This document shows positions 1 through 9,406 of a DNA stretch of 64,000 nucleotides, piece after piece. Each line of letters opens with the position of its first letter. Within the stretch, counting starts at the first letter, position 1. The translations under genes and the position numbers were made by a program. This DNA is from Bdellovibrionota bacterium FG-2 (lineage in GTDB: Bacteria > Bdellovibrionota > UBA1018): assembly GCA_051382305.1 (NCBI GenBank), contig JBBCAV010000153.1:6216-70215 (forward strand). The letters are read 5' to 3'. Below the pieces are notes generated by a model. It made no database searches, was not told the DNA's origin, and saw only the letters and a program-made list of their open reading frames with translations.

Positions 1-924
1 TTCAATTTGGCAGCAGCTTTGGTTTTGGGACTCTCTTGGGTTTGCAGCGTGAAGGCGGAGCAAGGCAAGATCGCACTTCCCACATTTGGCAAAACTTTAG
101 GCGGAAACACCAGTGGTGGCGGCAACGACGAGACGACGCTCGCGGGGTTATTGCCAAAAACGATACACGCGGTTTTTGATTTGGAATTTTATACTGAGGG
201 TTACGGGTACAGCTCCAAACCAATTTTCGATCAACATAGATGCTATATTTTCAAAAAGTGCGACATTTTCCCAGAGACAATGCGCCTTTCCTCCACTTTG
301 CAGCTCGCAAGCGACCCCGACCTCCACTACGAAACACTTGACCTTGCCGTCACTTACGAGAGTGAGGGCGAGAGCGGCTATATTCCTGGAGCTAAAATTC
401 AATTTGGATAGCTTGCCAACACAGCAGATACTCAACTCCAACGCTTAGCAGCCCTTACTGTTCCATTTTTAGGAATTCGCCACTATAATCGCACGGAAAC
501 GCTCTCCGAACCTACAGACATGTTTGAATTACTAGTAGGCTATCGCTCCGACCTTCGCGTGGGGCTTCGCAACAATCACTACGAACTTCAAATAGACGGC
601 ATCACAGTATCTGATGGCTACTTCATGGGTGACCGCAAAATCAAAGAACGAATGGCCGGCATTCAAACCCCGCTCCAATTGTAAACAGACTTTCGAGATG
701 TCCAGGCGTTTAGAAAACTTTGGGGGCAGGTCAAAAAACTTCAAGACATCTACATGGCTGTTAGGGCTCACGCTGTTTGGCAGGAGTTCCTCTCGCTTGG
801 CTTTTCAGCCATCGCCCAAGATGGCACTTGCGATGCAAGCAAGTACGCCGATCTCTTAGCTAAACTGGGCGAGTGGAAAACTGGAAGCGCCATCTACTTC
901 TACGAACTCAACGGCAATGACTAA
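1..924 (+). pseudogene. 5'-partial secreted-protein ORF interrupted by two in-frame stop codons (TAG 409-411, TAA 682-684)
   Basis: Track ORF 7..411 and untracked protein-like segments 412..681 and 685..921 share one frame. The N-terminus looks like a signal peptide (ALVLGLSWVCSVKA). The last stop overlaps the ATG of the next gene. Confidence 0.3.
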
Positions 925-1731
925 AATCCTTTCTCTCTTTGCACTTCTGAGTATGTTTGCAATCCCTGGCGCGTTTGCCGCAGAGGCTGTGAACAGCGGC
1001 GTCGCCGACGCCGCCAGGGATCAAGCCCTTGCCACCTGCGAGTCGCGCTTAAGCAAAAGCCTCTACCTGCCGCTAGCTAAAATGCAGGGTCCCAACCACG
1101 ACTACCCTGTGAATCGTATCAACGAAAAAAATCCCCTCACCCATCCGTTTGCTAAAGACTATCATCTGCTCATCTCCGACCTTGCCGCGCACCTCACCTC
1201 TTTGCCACTCGAAACTCAGACCGTGTGCCTGGAGCTGGAACACAAGGTAGAGGCCCAACTCACGTCTTTTTTTACGCGCCGGTTTGCGCTTTTACAGGTC
1301 AACGAAAACCTTGACGTATTCTACCAGGAATTCCAAACCGTCTTAGCCTACTGGGGCTTAGTCGCCGAACGACGAATGCTGGTTGAGCGGTTTCACGACG
1401 CCACCCAAAACTACCTGCAATTAGGCCTCGTTTTACTTAAGCGAGATCTCGTGGGTACGCCCTGGGAGAATTACGCGGCCTTCGAGCCGACCCTTGAAAC
1501 ATGGAACGACGAATGGTTAAGATCGTTTTGTTTCATGAACTCTCTCATCTTGCTGATCCTGCTCTCGCAACCGAAGAGGGACGCATTGCCCTCACCCGCG
1601 AGTCGGCCGAAGTCTTTGCTTGGGGCGAGACCGTCAAGTTTTTGCAAGCCTTGAAGTCTCGGGGCACCGTTTTGCCCCCCCGATTTGAGTCGAGGCTGGT
1701 GTTGATTTCTCAGTATGGCCTTAAGACGTAG
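917..1731 (+). pseudogene. secreted hypothetical protein split by a frameshift near 1500 (ORFs 917..1654 and 1501..1731)
   Basis: Signal peptide MTKILSLFALLSMFAIPGAFA. The 917 frame ends in low-complexity sequence, while the 1501 frame continues protein-like (EEGRIALTRESAEVFAWGETVKFLQALK). Confidence 0.35.
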
Positions 1732-2662
1732 GTTGAAGCAGTGATCGGGAAATAAGCCCCTGTTTTTCGGCCGTGTACGCGTTATGGCTTCGACACCTCA
1801 ATCTTAGATTTGCCTCGCTTGTCTCCCCACCCCACGCAAACGGCTTCGCGTGATCATACTCCAGCGCAAATCGGCTCCCGCATCGCTTACCTGTCTTTTC
1901 ATCTTGATACGTACAACATCCCCCATCACGCGCGAACACTCGTCGTTTGACCTCCGCCGGAATATACCGTGACCCGACTTTTTCCACTGTGGAAACAAAA
2001 GCAGTCTTCGCGTCATTATCTGGCCGCTCTGACTTAGGCTTCTTGGGCTCGATTTCCTTTAGAGCCATATTCGCCAAAACCTCAAAAAGCCCTTCATAGC
2101 TGCCGTCTGGATTCTGATGCGCGAGCAAGCCCTTTAGTTTCTCAAGCTTCTCCACCAGCTCTTGGCCTGCAGAAAACTGAATCAAAGTTTTGCCCTGAGA
2201 AAGTTCGCGAGTCTTCTCAGACGGAAGCGCAGCCTGCGGTGAAATTTCTGCCAACTTCTTCTCACACTCACGCATTGAAGCGCCGAGCATAGATAGGGCG
2301 ATATCTTGCTTCACCTGCAAACTCAATTTCTGATCGCCATCGCCCTTTCGCCGCTTGTCCTCACTTTTAAAAAAACTCTGCGTCTTCGCTGCTACACAAA
2401 GTGACAGACTGCCGGTTTCAATTTGGCTTGCTATTTCTGGCAGTGTTTTGATTAGCCGCATCGATTGAATACGCCGATGAGCAGCGACAGCCGAATATCC
2501 CAGCTTTTGAGTCACAAATTCAAACAGTGAGGGAAAGCCCATTTCCAAATAATGCCCGTCACGCTCTACTTCTCGAAGTAAATGGAGTACCCGAATCTGG
2601 GACTTACGCTCTTCGGCCACGGCATTTTGAAGTTCTGATAATACGGTTTCGTGATTTCTCAT
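1721..2662 (-). CDS. HNH endonuclease, DUF222-like N-terminus with C-terminal HNH motif
   Basis: C-terminal RDGGCCTYQDEKTGKRCGSRFALEYDHAKPFAWGGETSEANLRLRCRSHN. Clear paralog of 54745..55752. Confidence 0.7.
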   Translation of the reverse strand: MRNHETVLSELQNAVAEERKSQIRVLHLLREVERDGHYLEMGFPSLFEFVTQKLGYSAVAAHRRIQSMRLIKTLPEIASQIETGSLSLCVAAKTQSFFKSEDKRRKGDGDQKLSLQVKQDIALSMLGASMRECEKKLAEISPQAALPSEKTRELSQGKTLIQFSAGQELVEKLEKLKGLLAHQNPDGSYEGLFEVLANMALKEIEPKKPKSERPDNDAKTAFVSTVEKVGSRYIPAEVKRRVFARDGGCCTYQDEKTGKRCGSRFALEYDHAKPFAWGGETSEANLRLRCRSHNAYTAEKQGLISRSLLQPTS

Positions 2663-2980
2663 AGAGAGAGGTCATAACACGGGTTTTCTGAAGGGCATTT
2701 TCGCTTGGCCGAGCTCACCTGAAAAACGCAGGCACACACGCGTTTAGGCGCTTGCTATTGAAACAGACGAATTCCAATCCTGATACATTTCCAAACGCCG
2801 CAAACAAACCTCTCTAGGAGTCTGCAAAGTGCCTGATATTTTCGTCAAGACCTAAATCTCAGATCCAAAAATATTTTGCCCCCGCTCTAGCAATCGCGGA
2901 TGATTCGCCACTCTCGAATTCTCGCCCCCCCGCGAAGAGCCCTATTGATTTCTTCCAAAATTCCTCTAAAATTTAATCCA

Positions 2981-3832
2981 ATGACACATACCACATTTCT
3001 CCTCCCCCTCATTCTCCTCTGCTTTTCCAATCCCCTCTTTGCCGAGGAGCACCCCCAGGGCAACGGCCAAGACCAGGGCAAAACCCAGGAGCACGGAGCC
3101 GCCGCGCCAAGCGCACACTCCGGGCCGAGCGCGGCCGCACACTCAACCGCACACGCTGGCCCCCACTGGTCCTACGAGGGCGAAGGCGGACCCGAACACT
3201 GGGGAGAGCTGGACCCCAAGTTTCAGACCTGCGGTCAGGGAGGCGAACAATCCCCCATCAATTTAAAATGGTCCAAGAAGAAGGGCGAAGGGCCGATTGA
3301 ATTTCACTACGCACCCTCGCCGCTCAAAATAATCGATAATGGGCATACGGTGCAAGTGAGTTTTGCCCCAGGGAGCAAAGTGATCATTCGCCAAAAAGAG
3401 TATCAGTTGATTCAGGCGCATTTTCACGCCCAAAGCGAGCATACGATTTCAAATAAAAGCTACCCGCTTGAATTTCATTTTGTGCACAAAAATGAAGGCG
3501 GACAATTGGCGGTCTTAGGTGTGATGATTGAGGAAGGTGAAGAGAACCCGTCCCTTGATAAGGTTATCAGGAATTTGCCTAAAGAGAAGAACAAAGAAGT
3601 AGAGGTCGCAGCCGTCACGCTGAACCCTCTGGAGCTGCTCCCCACCGTTCAAACCTACTACCATTATATGGGCTCGTTAACGACGCCCCCGTGTTCTGAG
3701 CGCGTTAACTGGAATGTCTTTAACACTCCCGTCCGCGCATCAGCCGCGCAAATCTCGGCCTTTCGTACAGCCTATGGGCACAACAACCGTCCCGTGCAAG
3801 CGCTTAATAATCGCAATCCAATCAATTTTTAG
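2981..3832 (+). CDS. alpha-type carbonic anhydrase, periplasmic (signal peptide plus His/Ala-rich linker)
   Basis: HWSYEGEGGPEHWGEL, QSPINL, QAHFHAQSEHT, EFHFVHKN, SLTTPPCSE, NNRPVQALNNR. Start chosen at the Met preceding signal peptide MTHTTFLLPLILLCFSNPLFA. Confidence 0.85.
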   Translation: MTHTTFLLPLILLCFSNPLFAEEHPQGNGQDQGKTQEHGAAAPSAHSGPSAAAHSTAHAGPHWSYEGEGGPEHWGELDPKFQTCGQGGEQSPINLKWSKKKGEGPIEFHYAPSPLKIIDNGHTVQVSFAPGSKVIIRQKEYQLIQAHFHAQSEHTISNKSYPLEFHFVHKNEGGQLAVLGVMIEEGEENPSLDKVIRNLPKEKNKEVEVAAVTLNPLELLPTVQTYYHYMGSLTTPPCSERVNWNVFNTPVRASAAQISAFRTAYGHNNRPVQALNNRNPINF

Positions 3833-3834
3833 TG

Positions 3835-5262
3835 CTAAGCCCCCGCCAACCAATTCAATAGCGCCGCAAAAACCGGCCAGGTATTATCCGGGTCAACCAA
3901 CGGCAGCGAGCTATTGTTTCGGTAGTCGTCCCAAAACGTCCAGTCCAATTCGTCATTACCAGGTAAAGACTGAAGATGAGTCGCAATCAATACCACCTTG
4001 CCACTCCCATAATTATAGCGAACCATCGCCGCCTGGCCTGCCGCAGAACCACCATAAGCATAGGTTCCAACCGTCGTGACATGCGAACCTTGTTGCGCAT
4101 CGGTGGGAATCGTCCCAAAATCGCCGATGACGCTATCCCCACTCACATTAATCGGAGTCAGGCCATAATCCGGCCAAGGGATAATATCGTTAATCGGCCC
4201 CGTCACGACTCCTTTATAGATCCCAAGCGGAAACGGAATATTTTGCCCGTCCAATTTAATCGTCGATGCCGCATAAAAAGAACCTGCGCAATCACCCCAA
4301 TATGCCCCTCCCGAACTCATGAAGTTTCGAATCTTCGATTCTTGCCCCGCAAGCCCTGTCTTCAGTCCGTAGGCATAGCCACCATCAAAAAAGGCGACCT
4401 GAAAATTGGCTAACGTCAAGCGCCCAGCCGCAATCTCTTGAAAACGAATCGCCAGAGGAATATTCCCACTAAACTCAATGGCGCGCCCTACCGCCGGCAA
4501 TAAGGGAGGCGCGATTCCGCCATCCGTCGTGTGAGTCGCCACCACCGCGACACGTGCTCCCGTGGGATTAGGTGTTTCCGTCATCGCGGGCGCCGACGCA
4601 TCACCGTTATATGCAAAACCAATCATGCGCCCGAGTAACCTCCAGGCCCCTATCGAATTCGCGTGAACGCCACCCATCATCAAATTGTCCCAAATCGTCC
4701 AATCCAGGCCACTATCGCCACGCAACGAGAGTTCAAACGCTCCCAAAACCACGCGTCCCGCATTATATGAAGCACGCACAATCACTGGCCGGTTTGACGT
4801 ATCCCGTGCGACAACAGTCGCATTTGATGCCACATTAAAATATCCGCCACCACTATTGAGGTAAGCCCGAATCGCGTTCATCGCCGCAATACTCCCTAGC
4901 GAATTCGCATTGTCCGCGTAATGTCCACTGCAGCAGCGTTGGCCGCCCTCACCTGCAGGCAAAATAAAAACATCAAAATTGGCTTTCGTAAGGCGGTTAT
5001 TCAGGACATCCGAATGCGTAATTCCTAATGGCGTATGGCCCATCGCCTGCACTGCTCTAAATAGCGAAAGAATTTTATCCGAATCCGCCCCGATATCGTT
5101 GAAGATCGCAATCCGCAAACCGGTTGCCGAATACGAGCTCGTCGCGGTTGAGATAGCTAAAATCAAAAATGTGGCTCCGAGACCTACAAATCTTAGCGCG
5201 GAGCGAACCAATTTAAGAGAGTGCATACAGAGACCTTCTTTCCAGAACCCCCTTTTGCACAC
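3835..5262 (-). CDS. secreted protein with two tandem class-I glutamine-amidotransferase-like (BPL_N-like) domains; function unknown
   Basis: 475-aa ORF with an N-terminal hydrophobic signal region. The repeated halves each contain GGGYF/GGAYWGDCAGSFYAAS-type motifs. Confidence 0.4.
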   Translation of the reverse strand: MCKRGFWKEGLCMHSLKLVRSALRFVGLGATFLILAISTATSSYSATGLRIAIFNDIGADSDKILSLFRAVQAMGHTPLGITHSDVLNNRLTKANFDVFILPAGEGGQRCCSGHYADNANSLGSIAAMNAIRAYLNSGGGYFNVASNATVVARDTSNRPVIVRASYNAGRVVLGAFELSLRGDSGLDWTIWDNLMMGGVHANSIGAWRLLGRMIGFAYNGDASAPAMTETPNPTGARVAVVATHTTDGGIAPPLLPAVGRAIEFSGNIPLAIRFQEIAAGRLTLANFQVAFFDGGYAYGLKTGLAGQESKIRNFMSSGGAYWGDCAGSFYAASTIKLDGQNIPFPLGIYKGVVTGPINDIIPWPDYGLTPINVSGDSVIGDFGTIPTDAQQGSHVTTVGTYAYGGSAAGQAAMVRYNYGSGKVVLIATHLQSLPGNDELDWTFWDDYRNNSSLPLVDPDNTWPVFAALLNWLAGA

Positions 5263-5329
5263 GCTATGCCATGTCGCATTACTTTATGATCTTTGTAAAA
5301 CTTAATTCGTATGGTATTTCACGGCTGTG

Positions 5330-5899
5330 ATACGCAAGCCCGTCCTTATAACTGGAGGAGATCGAAGTTCGCAGCCTAGATATCTGTGACCCTCGCAACC
5401 CTGTTTCTGGAGTGAACTACATCAAAGGAGATGTCCGCGACCCAGTGGCCCTTGCGTGTGCGGCTGCTGGGGTCGAGGCCAGGATCCTCTTTCGCCTTAT
5501 TCAGGCGTTATCAGTATTTTCTCCCGATTGAGTCGCGATCACATCCCCCTTCAAATTCACGGAGGAGGGACACAAACGCGTGATTTCATCTCCGTCCACG
5601 ATATCGTAGCCGCCTGTTTTTTGGCCCTTCCACCCACGACCGTTTCAGCAGAGGCGATCAATCTAGGAACAGGTAAAGCCACCTCCATTCGGCAATTAGC
5701 GGAACAAATCTCAGGCATTTCCAGAGGAACCCCTTCTCTCGTCGCAACACCCTCCCGCGCTGCTGATGTATTACATTCACTTGCTGATATTTCTCAGGCG
5801 GAGCGTATCCTTGGTTGGAAACCTCGGGTCACACTCGTAATGGGTTTGAAGGAGCTTCTTTCAGAAATTCCACCAAACGCACCGGACCCCAAAAAATAA
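5330..5899 (+). pseudogene. remnant of NAD-dependent epimerase/dehydratase (C-terminal part only, frameshifted)
   Basis: ORF 5456..5899 encodes only an epimerase C-terminus (NLGTGKATSIRQLAEQI...ILGWKP). An upstream fragment in another frame reads YIKGDVRDPVALACAAAGV. There is no N-terminal Rossmann GxxGxxG part. Confidence 0.5.
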
Positions 5900-5935
5900 T
5901 TTATTTATTGCACAGGCTTCGGCTATATTCTCCCA

Positions 5936-6961
5936 ATGCCATTGCCTCACACGACAGTTCACGGACGCGTTCTGCTTCTTACCCCTTCTTTTGAAACTGA
6001 GGGGCTCCTTACGGAGCTTCGAGCCAGGGGCCAGTGGGAGCCATTTGTGCTACCTTCACCCCCGGCGCTTTGGGGCTTACTTAAGTTCATTCATGCCCAC
6101 AAAATCAATATCATTCACTCCCATGGCAAGGGCACCCTGTTTTACGCGGTTTTAACAAAAATTCTCACATTTGGTCGTATTCGCATTGTTCATTCCCAGC
6201 CGAACTTCGCTCCTCTGAGCTTTCTTGTGCGCTTTGTTGACGTTCTAGCCGTCGCTAGCGAAAGCCTGCAGGCGCCCTATGAGGCACTAGGTGTTGCCCA
6301 ACCCAAGCTCAGAGTGATTAACAATGGCGTTGTTTTTCCAAAGCAGCCCGTTGTCACTTTTGATGAAAAAATACAGCTCCGCCGTGAAATTCTAGCCCAG
6401 CTTTCCTCGGGGGATAAGATTATTCCACCCCGAGCCCCTTTTCCCGTTTTTGCAACTAAAGATCACTGGATCCTTGACCTTGCCCCCTTGCACACACTTG
6501 AGGATCAAAAGAAGGCAGCCGAACTGTGGAGTGGGCTAAACCCGGTGATTCGAAAAGCCTCATTACTATGGATCTTCAAGGCCGAGCCGAGTAGCGACTT
6601 ATTGAAAGCCTTTGAATCCGTTCCCAATCGAGATCGAGTGGTTTTCATCCGTAAGCACAATGAGGGGGCACTGACCCGGCAACTTTGGCTCAGAGCTTCG
6701 GACTTAGCCCTCACCATGGAGCCCCATGAAGCCTTAGGTTCTGGCCTCGCCGCAGTAGTGTCTTCTGATGTTCGCCAGAACGCGGCTGCGATTGAAGCGG
6801 CCCTCACCGCGCCAGGATACCGGACCCCTCTTTATTACTATCACCTCTGGCGGGCAAATCGGGGCGTGCGACAAGATTTTTCACTCATGGGCATGGTTGA
6901 AAAGTATGGCAAGGCATACGAGGATTCTTTGGCGACTTCTCAGCAGGCATCAAATAACTGA
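5936..6961 (+). CDS. putative glycosyltransferase, divergent GT-B fold
   Basis: IIHSHGKGTLFYAVL N-terminal motif and EPHEALGSGLAAVVSSD C-terminal motif. Weak similarity only. Confidence 0.35.
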   Translation: MPLPHTTVHGRVLLLTPSFETEGLLTELRARGQWEPFVLPSPPALWGLLKFIHAHKINIIHSHGKGTLFYAVLTKILTFGRIRIVHSQPNFAPLSFLVRFVDVLAVASESLQAPYEALGVAQPKLRVINNGVVFPKQPVVTFDEKIQLRREILAQLSSGDKIIPPRAPFPVFATKDHWILDLAPLHTLEDQKKAAELWSGLNPVIRKASLLWIFKAEPSSDLLKAFESVPNRDRVVFIRKHNEGALTRQLWLRASDLALTMEPHEALGSGLAAVVSSDVRQNAAAIEAALTAPGYRTPLYYYHLWRANRGVRQDFSLMGMVEKYGKAYEDSLATSQQASNN

Positions 6962-7344
6962 AACACGAAGATGGATTGAATTTGATTTTGCTCTAGCTGA
7001 TCCAAACTCACAGTGCAATAATCCTCATTTTCGACCACGATCTTGGTTTCACGTTTTTGTGCATCAAAAGTCGCAGCAATAACCTGGCAAGCAGAACCCG
7101 TCGTGCGCACCACAAAATCCCGCCCCAAAGCGCCAGGAACTGAAAAACTAATCGCGCGGTAAACGATGTCATCGCAACGCATGGGCAGAGCGAGCTCGCG
7201 ACCGCCGTCACGTCTCCAATCAATACGCTGATGCGCATATATGCCGTTTTCCGGGTTTTTTGGAGTCGCGCCAAAGGCGCTGCCAACTATTGATTGAAAA
7301 GCGACAAGACCCAGAGCCAATACAGAAATTTTTTGTGGTTTCAT
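6940..7344 (-). CDS. small secreted hypothetical protein
   Basis: Signal peptide MKPQKISVLALGLVAFQSIVGSAFG. Confidence 0.4.
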   Translation of the reverse strand: MKPQKISVLALGLVAFQSIVGSAFGATPKNPENGIYAHQRIDWRRDGGRELALPMRCDDIVYRAISFSVPGALGRDFVVRTTGSACQVIAATFDAQKRETKIVVENEDYCTVSLDQLEQNQIQSIFVFQLFDAC

Positions 7345-7440
7345 CAGGCCCCAACCTACGCCACCGGCCCGCGAAGGTGAAATGCATAGATGTAAAGTTA
7401 TTATACCTAATGTGCATGATGCCGAAAACCGCGATCGGAT

Positions 7441-9321
7441 CTAGTGCCCCATCGTGCTTTCAATGAGAATCAAGATAATCCCGATAATCGAGCCCCCGGC
7501 AATTACCCCGGCGGCCAGCGTTTCTTGGTTGGCCACAAAAGCTCTAAAGCCAAAGCTCGATTTTTCCTTGAATTTGAGGCGGCAAATCCAAAAGAACAGC
7601 GTCCCGACCGCCATGAGCCAGGCGTCGGAAAATCTCAAAACAAAGCCCAATCCCATCCCCACTCCCGAAATAGGCCATTTGCCACGAGTGCGTTTATTTA
7701 AAATCTCGAACACTATACCAAGAATCGCACCCACAAGCGCCGCCACTTGCGCAGTGGGGTGAAGCGCGCCCAATCCCTTCGTGAGCACCTCCGCAACGCC
7801 TTTCCAAATCGAAGCCCCCGGGAGCGGGAGCGCATCTGAAGTAAAACGTGAAATATCGCCCCCGAATATTTGATAAAACACGGGAACGGCGACCAGGCCC
7901 CCTGCAAAAATTCCGAGGACATGGCCGATCGCTTGATGCCGAGGTTTGCCGCCCAAGAGGTACCCCGGTTTGATATCCATCAATAAATTGCTCGCATTGA
8001 GCGCCACTTCGGAGGTGATTCCGGCGGTCATCAAATTGGTCGAAATGTTCCCAGGCGCCAACACGCTGTAGGTGATCTGCGTGAGTTTGCCCAACGCCCC
8101 ACCCGGCGTAATCGCCGTCAAGCCCGTCGAAGTCACTGCAATAAGGGTGAACACAAAAACCAGCGGAATCGCAAGCAGCCCCAGCCACCAATGAATGCCG
8201 AACCACGCATGCCCCATCCAAACCGTGATCGCGCCCATGATAGGGATACCGACCACAAAAATCCACATCGGCAGCTCGATGTCTTTGAGGGGGTCGACTT
8301 TGAGGTCGGCTTTTTTGGCAAACGGCTTCTTGAAGGCATCAATCAACATCTGAGGCTTTGAGAAAAATGCATAGAGAGAGGACGTCGTCATCATCGAAGC
8401 GCCCAGCCATAACGACCACATCGTAATCGCCTTGAACTTCGCCTCCGGAATCACCCCCGCATTGATCATAATCGGCGCCAACACAAAATAGTTCAGCCCG
8501 CCACCCAAGAGGATCGACATCGCAGTCTTCATGCTCATCAGCCCGCCCGTGCCCACCATCACAATCGAAGTCTCCCATTGGATGGTCAACGCTTTGAGGG
8601 GAATTCCCCCAATCGCCGGCGTGAAAAACCGATACACAAAATCATCCCAATACTGGGGCAGCGCCAGCGCTTTAAGCCTCAGGGCGCCCATCACCGTCGA
8701 ATTGCGCCAAGTCTCTAAAAGTGCAGAAAAGAACATCCCCATAAAAAGTAGTTTTGCCTTAAACACCCCCTCTTTGCCCCCGTGATCGGAGTGCAAATTG
8801 TCCAGCACAACTCCCGAAGCATAGCCCTCAGGAAACGGCAGCTGCTCATCGTTGATAAATCTCTTCTTAAGGGGGAACGCAAACAAGACGCCGAGCAATG
8901 AGAGCACGATGATCCACCAAAACGTCTGCCACATGGGAACTACCGTGTGGGTGACCATCATGTACGCGGGCATTGAGGCCATCATGGGCGCGGTCATGTA
9001 GCCCGCGCTCGTGGCGATGGATTGCATGGCGTTATTTTCGAGGATCGACATTTCCTTTCCCAATTTGAGCCGAGACAGAACCCGAAAAATAGCAAAGGAC
9101 AAAATCACGGAGGAAATTCCTACGCCTAATGTCCAACCCGTTTTAATCCCTACATAGAGGTTGGTGAGACTCAAAACTCCGCCTAAAAGCATCCCCGTAA
9201 TAGCGGATCTAAAATTGAGTTGCGGCATATCGCGCTTATAAACGGTCTTAAGCCACCACTGATCTTTTTGCTCAAGAGTCATCGTTCGGATTTGTTCGGG
9301 GGTCAGTTCGTGTATTGCCAT
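7441..9321 (-). CDS. OPT family oligopeptide transporter
   Basis: 626-aa polytopic membrane protein. N-terminus MAIHELTPEQIRTMTLEQKDQWWLKTVYKRDMPQLNFRSAITGMLLGG is typical of the OPT superfamily. Confidence 0.85.
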   Translation of the reverse strand: MAIHELTPEQIRTMTLEQKDQWWLKTVYKRDMPQLNFRSAITGMLLGGVLSLTNLYVGIKTGWTLGVGISSVILSFAIFRVLSRLKLGKEMSILENNAMQSIATSAGYMTAPMMASMPAYMMVTHTVVPMWQTFWWIIVLSLLGVLFAFPLKKRFINDEQLPFPEGYASGVVLDNLHSDHGGKEGVFKAKLLFMGMFFSALLETWRNSTVMGALRLKALALPQYWDDFVYRFFTPAIGGIPLKALTIQWETSIVMVGTGGLMSMKTAMSILLGGGLNYFVLAPIMINAGVIPEAKFKAITMWSLWLGASMMTTSSLYAFFSKPQMLIDAFKKPFAKKADLKVDPLKDIELPMWIFVVGIPIMGAITVWMGHAWFGIHWWLGLLAIPLVFVFTLIAVTSTGLTAITPGGALGKLTQITYSVLAPGNISTNLMTAGITSEVALNASNLLMDIKPGYLLGGKPRHQAIGHVLGIFAGGLVAVPVFYQIFGGDISRFTSDALPLPGASIWKGVAEVLTKGLGALHPTAQVAALVGAILGIVFEILNKRTRGKWPISGVGMGLGFVLRFSDAWLMAVGTLFFWICRLKFKEKSSFGFRAFVANQETLAAGVIAGGSIIGIILILIESTMGH

Positions 9322-9406
9322 AGGGATGTTCTACAATAGCCGCTCCTTTTTGTCACAATTCCTCCTATCTTCTCTCGCCGCGCTTTGTTATTACCTTCCC
9401 CTCACT

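Noticed and set aside
3039-4079. Pro/Arg-rich + ORFs 3039..3266 and 3714..4079
   Set aside because: These are off-frame translations of the carbonic anhydrase gene and of the antisense of the 3835..5262 gene.
7694-8578. Minus-strand ORFs 7694..8266 and 8339..8578 and several + ORFs inside the OPT transporter gene
   Set aside because: These are alternative frames of a well-supported 626-aa transporter ORF, with biased composition (Gly/Arg/Cys-rich) typical of off-frame translation.
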